36,797 nucleotides of DNA. Source: a virus (taxonomy: Duplodnaviria > Caudoviricetes). Made by a program: the position numbers and the translations under genes. Shown in pieces: positions 33,935-36,797 of the stretch (its first letter is position 1; every line of letters begins with the position of its first letter). The notes under the pieces are model-generated. The model did not search any database, was not told where the DNA came from, and saw nothing but the letters and a program-made list of their open reading frames with translations. The stretch covers positions 1 to 36,797 of the IMG/VR virus record IMGVR_UViG_3300044266_000375. One strand, written 5' to 3'.

Positions 33935-36650
33935 TTTCCACCACCTTCCATTTTTCAATTTGCAACATGCGGATACCGTTTCCGCCCATCCGCCCCCTTG
34001 CCAGCATAACAGCCCCGATCGGAACAGACTCTAGGATCTCTTTGCCCATGCGCTCGTAGTCTTTGCGCCGCACCGTGAGGATTGCTAACCCTGTGTCGTC
34101 GCGCAGCGTGATGTTCAACCAATACCGGAACTGCCGGTCGTAGTCAGTTATCACACCGCCACGTTTCATCACGTTGCCGGTTTCCAATGCGTCGCGTAGG
34201 TTCTTTTCCGCCAACACGCCGATCACGACACGCTCGGAAGAGTCCGCCTCAAGCTCATTGCACTTTGTGAGCACAGAACCCTCTTTCAGCCCGTGCTTCC
34301 TCGGGTTGTTGTACCAGTCGCCGAACCGCGCTGTGAACGGGTAAGGGTCTGGCCATTTGAGCTTTGGGTTCTCGAGTTTGGCAGTTATACTTGGGGGCAG
34401 CGGCTTCCCCGAAACTCGAGAATCGAGCACCTTTTGAGCCATCTTTGGACCAATCCCGTGAACTGCGGTAAGCCCACCGTAAATTGCATCTCCTTTAGCT
34501 GCCCAGCTGGCTTCAGATCGATCTTTGTCGAAAGCCACGTACTTGAAACCCTCGCCGGTTATCTCCCGAAGAAGTTTCAAAACAGCTTCGTCATCCGAGG
34601 TGTGGCGGAGGGAAGCTGCACTGAACTCCAATGGGTGATGGTATTTCAGCCAAGCTGTCCAAGCGGAGATGACGGAGTATGCAGCAGCATGTGCCTTCAC
34701 GAAGGCATACGACCCTGCATGCATCATTGAGTTCCAAACTTCGAGTGCAGCTTCGCGGTTTATGTCTTGCTTTTCCGCGCCTTCGAGGAACTTGTCGCGG
34801 AACTGATCGAAATATTCTTTGCCCAAAGATTTCGACATCGCTCGGCGCAAAGCAGTCAGCTCTGGCCATCCGAGCAAGCCGATGTCTCTGCCGAGGAAAA
34901 GGATCTGCTCTTGGTAAACCACGACCCCTTCGGTCTGTTCAGTCCAGCGCCTGTGGATGTCATGGTAATACATCGGGGTGTCTAAGCCTCTGCGCACATC
35001 TAAGAACTTTTTAGCGCCGCCGGACTGCAGTGGTCCAGGACGCGCCAACGAAGTGAGTGCAACGATGTCGTTGAAGTTCTTCACCTCGAACTGCCGCAAC
35101 AGCTGCCGAGCAGCGTCACCTTCAAGCTGAAACACGCCAGTTATCTTCTGGCTATTGAGCAGGGTGTAGATCTCTGGTGCGTGGACGTCGATGTCGGTTA
35201 TCTTCTTGCCGACTCGGTCGAGCGTTTCTTGCACGATATCGAGGGTTTTCAGACCCAACGCATCGAGCTTCATCAAATTGAGGGACTCGGCTTGGTACTT
35301 GTCGATCTGACTTATGCCTTCCGCTGTGACAGAGCAATAGTCTGCCACCGGCGTGTTGCAAATGATCACCCCTGCAGCGTGCACTCCTGCGTGAGAGGCG
35401 TGCCCTTCAAGTGCGCCGGAGTTCCTGAATCCAGGGTGCTTTTCCAGCAAGTCGCGCCCCGCCTTGAGCGTGCCGAGGGTGTCCTCCAAGCAAAATGCTG
35501 CACGCGAGTCACCCGAGGATCGCTCGATCATGTTGTCGCGGATCTCGGTGGTTTCCCAAACGGGTATCTTCATGCGCTTGCCGACACCGGCGAGGATCGA
35601 CTTCGGCTTGAGTTTGTTCACGTTGCCGAGCCGAGCGATGCTTTCCGCGCCGTATTTCCCTTTGAGGTATTCGAACAGCTCGTCGCGACGGTCTCCGGGA
35701 AAGTCCATGTCGATGTCGGGCAAGTCGATCCGAGTCACATCGACAAACCGCTCGAACAACAGCCCGTGCTCAATCGGATCTAGCTCGGTTATACCCAAAA
35801 GATAACAAATGATCGACCCCGAAGACGAACCGCGTCCAGGACCAACGAGCATGCGCTCTCTCGCCCAGCGGATCAAGTCGTACACCATCAGGAAATACGA
35901 CTCAAACTGTTTCTCGCGGATCACGCCCAATTCCCGCTGCAGCCGAGCCTCGTATTCATCACTGAAACCATTCGGGAAACGCCAGCTGATACCTTTCCTA
36001 GCCTCAGCCTCGAGATCGCCTTCTACGACCATGTTTTTGGCCACCGGCAGGGTGATTTTCTCGAACCGCTCAGCTGCCTCTTCCCAGCTGACGGTCGGAT
36101 AATGATGAGCAGCTTCCGCCGCTGACCACCAATGTTGCGAGTGCGCGCCGAGCCGCACCCCTAGGAGTTCTGCGTACTTGCGGTCGGTCGGGGCGGGGTA
36201 GCGCACGTCAGAAACAAAAAACAGCGGCAGCCCCGTTTTCCGAGCCAGCTCGAAGTTACGCTCATTGAGCAGCGGGTTGAGCGGGTGCAGGTCGAGCATC
36301 ATGTCTGCGGCTTGAACTTTGCTGGCTTCCGCCGTGAAAGGGAACACGAGCAGGTTGTCGGAGAACTCGGTTTCGTAGGTGATTCCGGCACTGTGGCGAT
36401 ACAGCTCGCGCAACCCTTCTTGGTTCTTGGCGAGCACCTTGATCGAGCGCTCCTCGTCTCCGACAGAGAGCTCCGCTCCGAGGATCGGCTGGATGCCCGC
36501 CTTTTCTGCCGCCTTGAAAAACGGCACATGACCCCAAGTGCCTATGTCGCAGAGGGCGGCTTTTTTGCACCCGAGCTCCTTGGCTCGTTCTACGACTCTG
36601 TTGATTGGGCCAAAACAATTCCCGAACGTGAACTCACTTCTTGTTATCAT
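33927..36650 (-). CDS. dnaE: DNA polymerase III alpha subunit-like (family C)
   Basis: GPGRGSSSGS, LLFERF, PDIDMDF (catalytic Asp residues), GVHAAGV, KLDALGL, GVFQLE, RPGP, VYQEQ, YAFVKAHAAAY and the HhH motif HGIGPK; N-terminal PHP-like and C-terminal OB-like regions. Confidence 0.95.
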   Translation of the reverse strand: MITRSEFTFGNCFGPINRVVERAKELGCKKAALCDIGTWGHVPFFKAAEKAGIQPILGAELSVGDEERSIKVLAKNQEGLRELYRHSAGITYETEFSDNLLVFPFTAEASKVQAADMMLDLHPLNPLLNERNFELARKTGLPLFFVSDVRYPAPTDRKYAELLGVRLGAHSQHWWSAAEAAHHYPTVSWEEAAERFEKITLPVAKNMVVEGDLEAEARKGISWRFPNGFSDEYEARLQRELGVIREKQFESYFLMVYDLIRWARERMLVGPGRGSSSGSIICYLLGITELDPIEHGLLFERFVDVTRIDLPDIDMDFPGDRRDELFEYLKGKYGAESIARLGNVNKLKPKSILAGVGKRMKIPVWETTEIRDNMIERSSGDSRAAFCLEDTLGTLKAGRDLLEKHPGFRNSGALEGHASHAGVHAAGVIICNTPVADYCSVTAEGISQIDKYQAESLNLMKLDALGLKTLDIVQETLDRVGKKITDIDVHAPEIYTLLNSQKITGVFQLEGDAARQLLRQFEVKNFNDIVALTSLARPGPLQSGGAKKFLDVRRGLDTPMYYHDIHRRWTEQTEGVVVYQEQILFLGRDIGLLGWPELTALRRAMSKSLGKEYFDQFRDKFLEGAEKQDINREAALEVWNSMMHAGSYAFVKAHAAAYSVISAWTAWLKYHHPLEFSAASLRHTSDDEAVLKLLREITGEGFKYVAFDKDRSEASWAAKGDAIYGGLTAVHGIGPKMAQKVLDSRVSGKPLPPSITAKLENPKLKWPDPYPFTARFGDWYNNPRKHGLKEGSVLTKCNELEADSSERVVIGVLAEKNLRDALETGNVMKRGGVITDYDRQFRYWLNITLRDDTGLAILTVRRKDYERMGKEILESVPIGAVMLARGRMGGNGIRMLQIEKWKVVENA

Positions 36651-36797
36651 AAAGCACCTTGTAACATTCCCACAGCGCTTTGACGTCGTCGAGGGCGCGG
36701 TGCGTTTGAGCGAGCGGCTTGTGCTGGGTGTGCTCGTAGAGCTCAGTGAGCTTCATCCTTCTGCCCTTTATGTGCATGGTCGAGTCTACGGTGCACA
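36634..36797 (-). CDS. 3' end of a DEDDh 3'-5' exonuclease (DnaQ/epsilon-like), partial
   Basis: Hand translation from 36795: CTVDSTMHIKGRRMKLTELYEHTQHKPLAQTHRALDDVKALWECYKVLYDNKK*. KL.EL and HRALDD match the ExoIII region; it overlaps the dnaE start. Confidence 0.8.
   Translation of the reverse strand, partial: CTVDSTMHIKGRRMKLTELYEHTQHKPLAQTHRALDDVKALWECYKVLYDNKK

Noticed and set aside
1-36797. tRNA/rRNA genes, integrase, introns/inteins, stop-codon reassignment
   Set aside because: Intergenic gaps are too short or are explained by terminators, DnaE motifs are contiguous with no intein-sized insert, and genes end normally at TAA, TGA and TAG.

Overview
This window is a densely packed, roughly 37 kb segment of a tailed dsDNA bacteriophage with a podovirus-like gene order, and no host chromosomal genes are evident. 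The + strand (1-33751) is one morphogenesis region. In order it encodes the portal (5'-truncated), a GroES co-chaperonin, a probable scaffold, a minor head protein, the major capsid protein, several basic 'KxGG'-motif proteins, a head-tail adaptor, a modular tail-fibre/adhesin cluster, a holin-like/peptidase M15 lysis cassette, a second adaptor, a nozzle-like protein and four large probable internal (ejection) proteins. The - strand at the right end carries a family-C DNA polymerase (DnaE-like) and the 3' end of a DEDDh exonuclease. The stand-out feature lies between the nozzle gene and the first ejection-protein gene: an acyl carrier protein (GMDSL), a FabB/FabF-type ketosynthase with intact Cys-His-His motifs and a 166-aa possible GNAT-fold protein. 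These are translationally coupled to an 831-aa protein that begins Met-Gly-Gly followed by an amphipathic helix. I propose, as an inference, that this is a phage-encoded system for fatty-acylating a virion ejection protein. Functional calls come from motif recognition and synteny only; no database searches were run.
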